64,000 nucleotides of DNA from Marsupella aquatica (lineage: Eukaryota; Plantae; Marchantiophyta), in assembly GCA_973895155.1 (NCBI GenBank), contig OZ316896.1:2232001-2296000 (forward strand). Direction: 5' to 3'. Both the position numbers and the translations under genes were made by a program. How positions within the stretch are numbered: the first letter of the stretch is position 1; every line of letters begins with the position of its first letter. Shown here piece by piece: positions 63,977 to 64,000 of this stretch. Under the pieces are notes generated by a model. The model ran no database searches. It was not told the DNA's origin and saw nothing but the letters and a program-made list of their open reading frames with translations.

Positions 63977-64000
63977 GTGGGCTTTCTTTATCATCTAGAG

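Larger units (their letters stand above)
59898..64000 (+). mobile_element. large DNA element inserted into the Gypsy gag; CACTA/CMC-like left terminus; runs off the window
   Basis: Abrupt end of gag and a composition change at CACGGCGAAAAAA. Degenerate palindrome copies from 59931 onward. Three passenger ORFs. No transposase or right end within the window. Confidence 0.5.

Overview
Eukaryotic, intron-containing, repeat-rich plant nuclear DNA. A non-seed land plant such as a bryophyte is my inference from gene content, not something proven here. Host genes: plastid pyruvate dehydrogenase E1-beta (4 exons, minus strand), a 98-aa MGC-acylated Gly-rich protein, an NFKBIL1-like ankyrin/WHPDKF gene and an intact HARBI1/ALP1-like Harbinger-derived nuclease. 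Three large mobile elements stand out. (1) A ~10.7 kb Helitron2/Helentron-type element (5088-15827) splits one satellite monomer; its 1374-codon Rep-helicase ORF is broken only by in-frame stops, all of a form C>T changes would produce. (2) A Ty3/Gypsy retrotransposon (minus strand) has the polyprotein order Gag-protease-DNMT3-like cytosine methyltransferase-RT-RNaseH-integrase-PHD finger. (3) An element beginning CACGGCGAAAAAA cuts the Gypsy gag and carries two look-alike transcription units; each has a TATA box, a short non-coding exon and a first intron filled with ~89-bp-periodic GGGATAC-NNN-GTATCCC palindromes. It also holds an F-box-like gene split by a MITE. Many MITEs, SINEs, solo LTRs and tandem duplications fill the rest. 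All calls come from manual reading and no database search was run.
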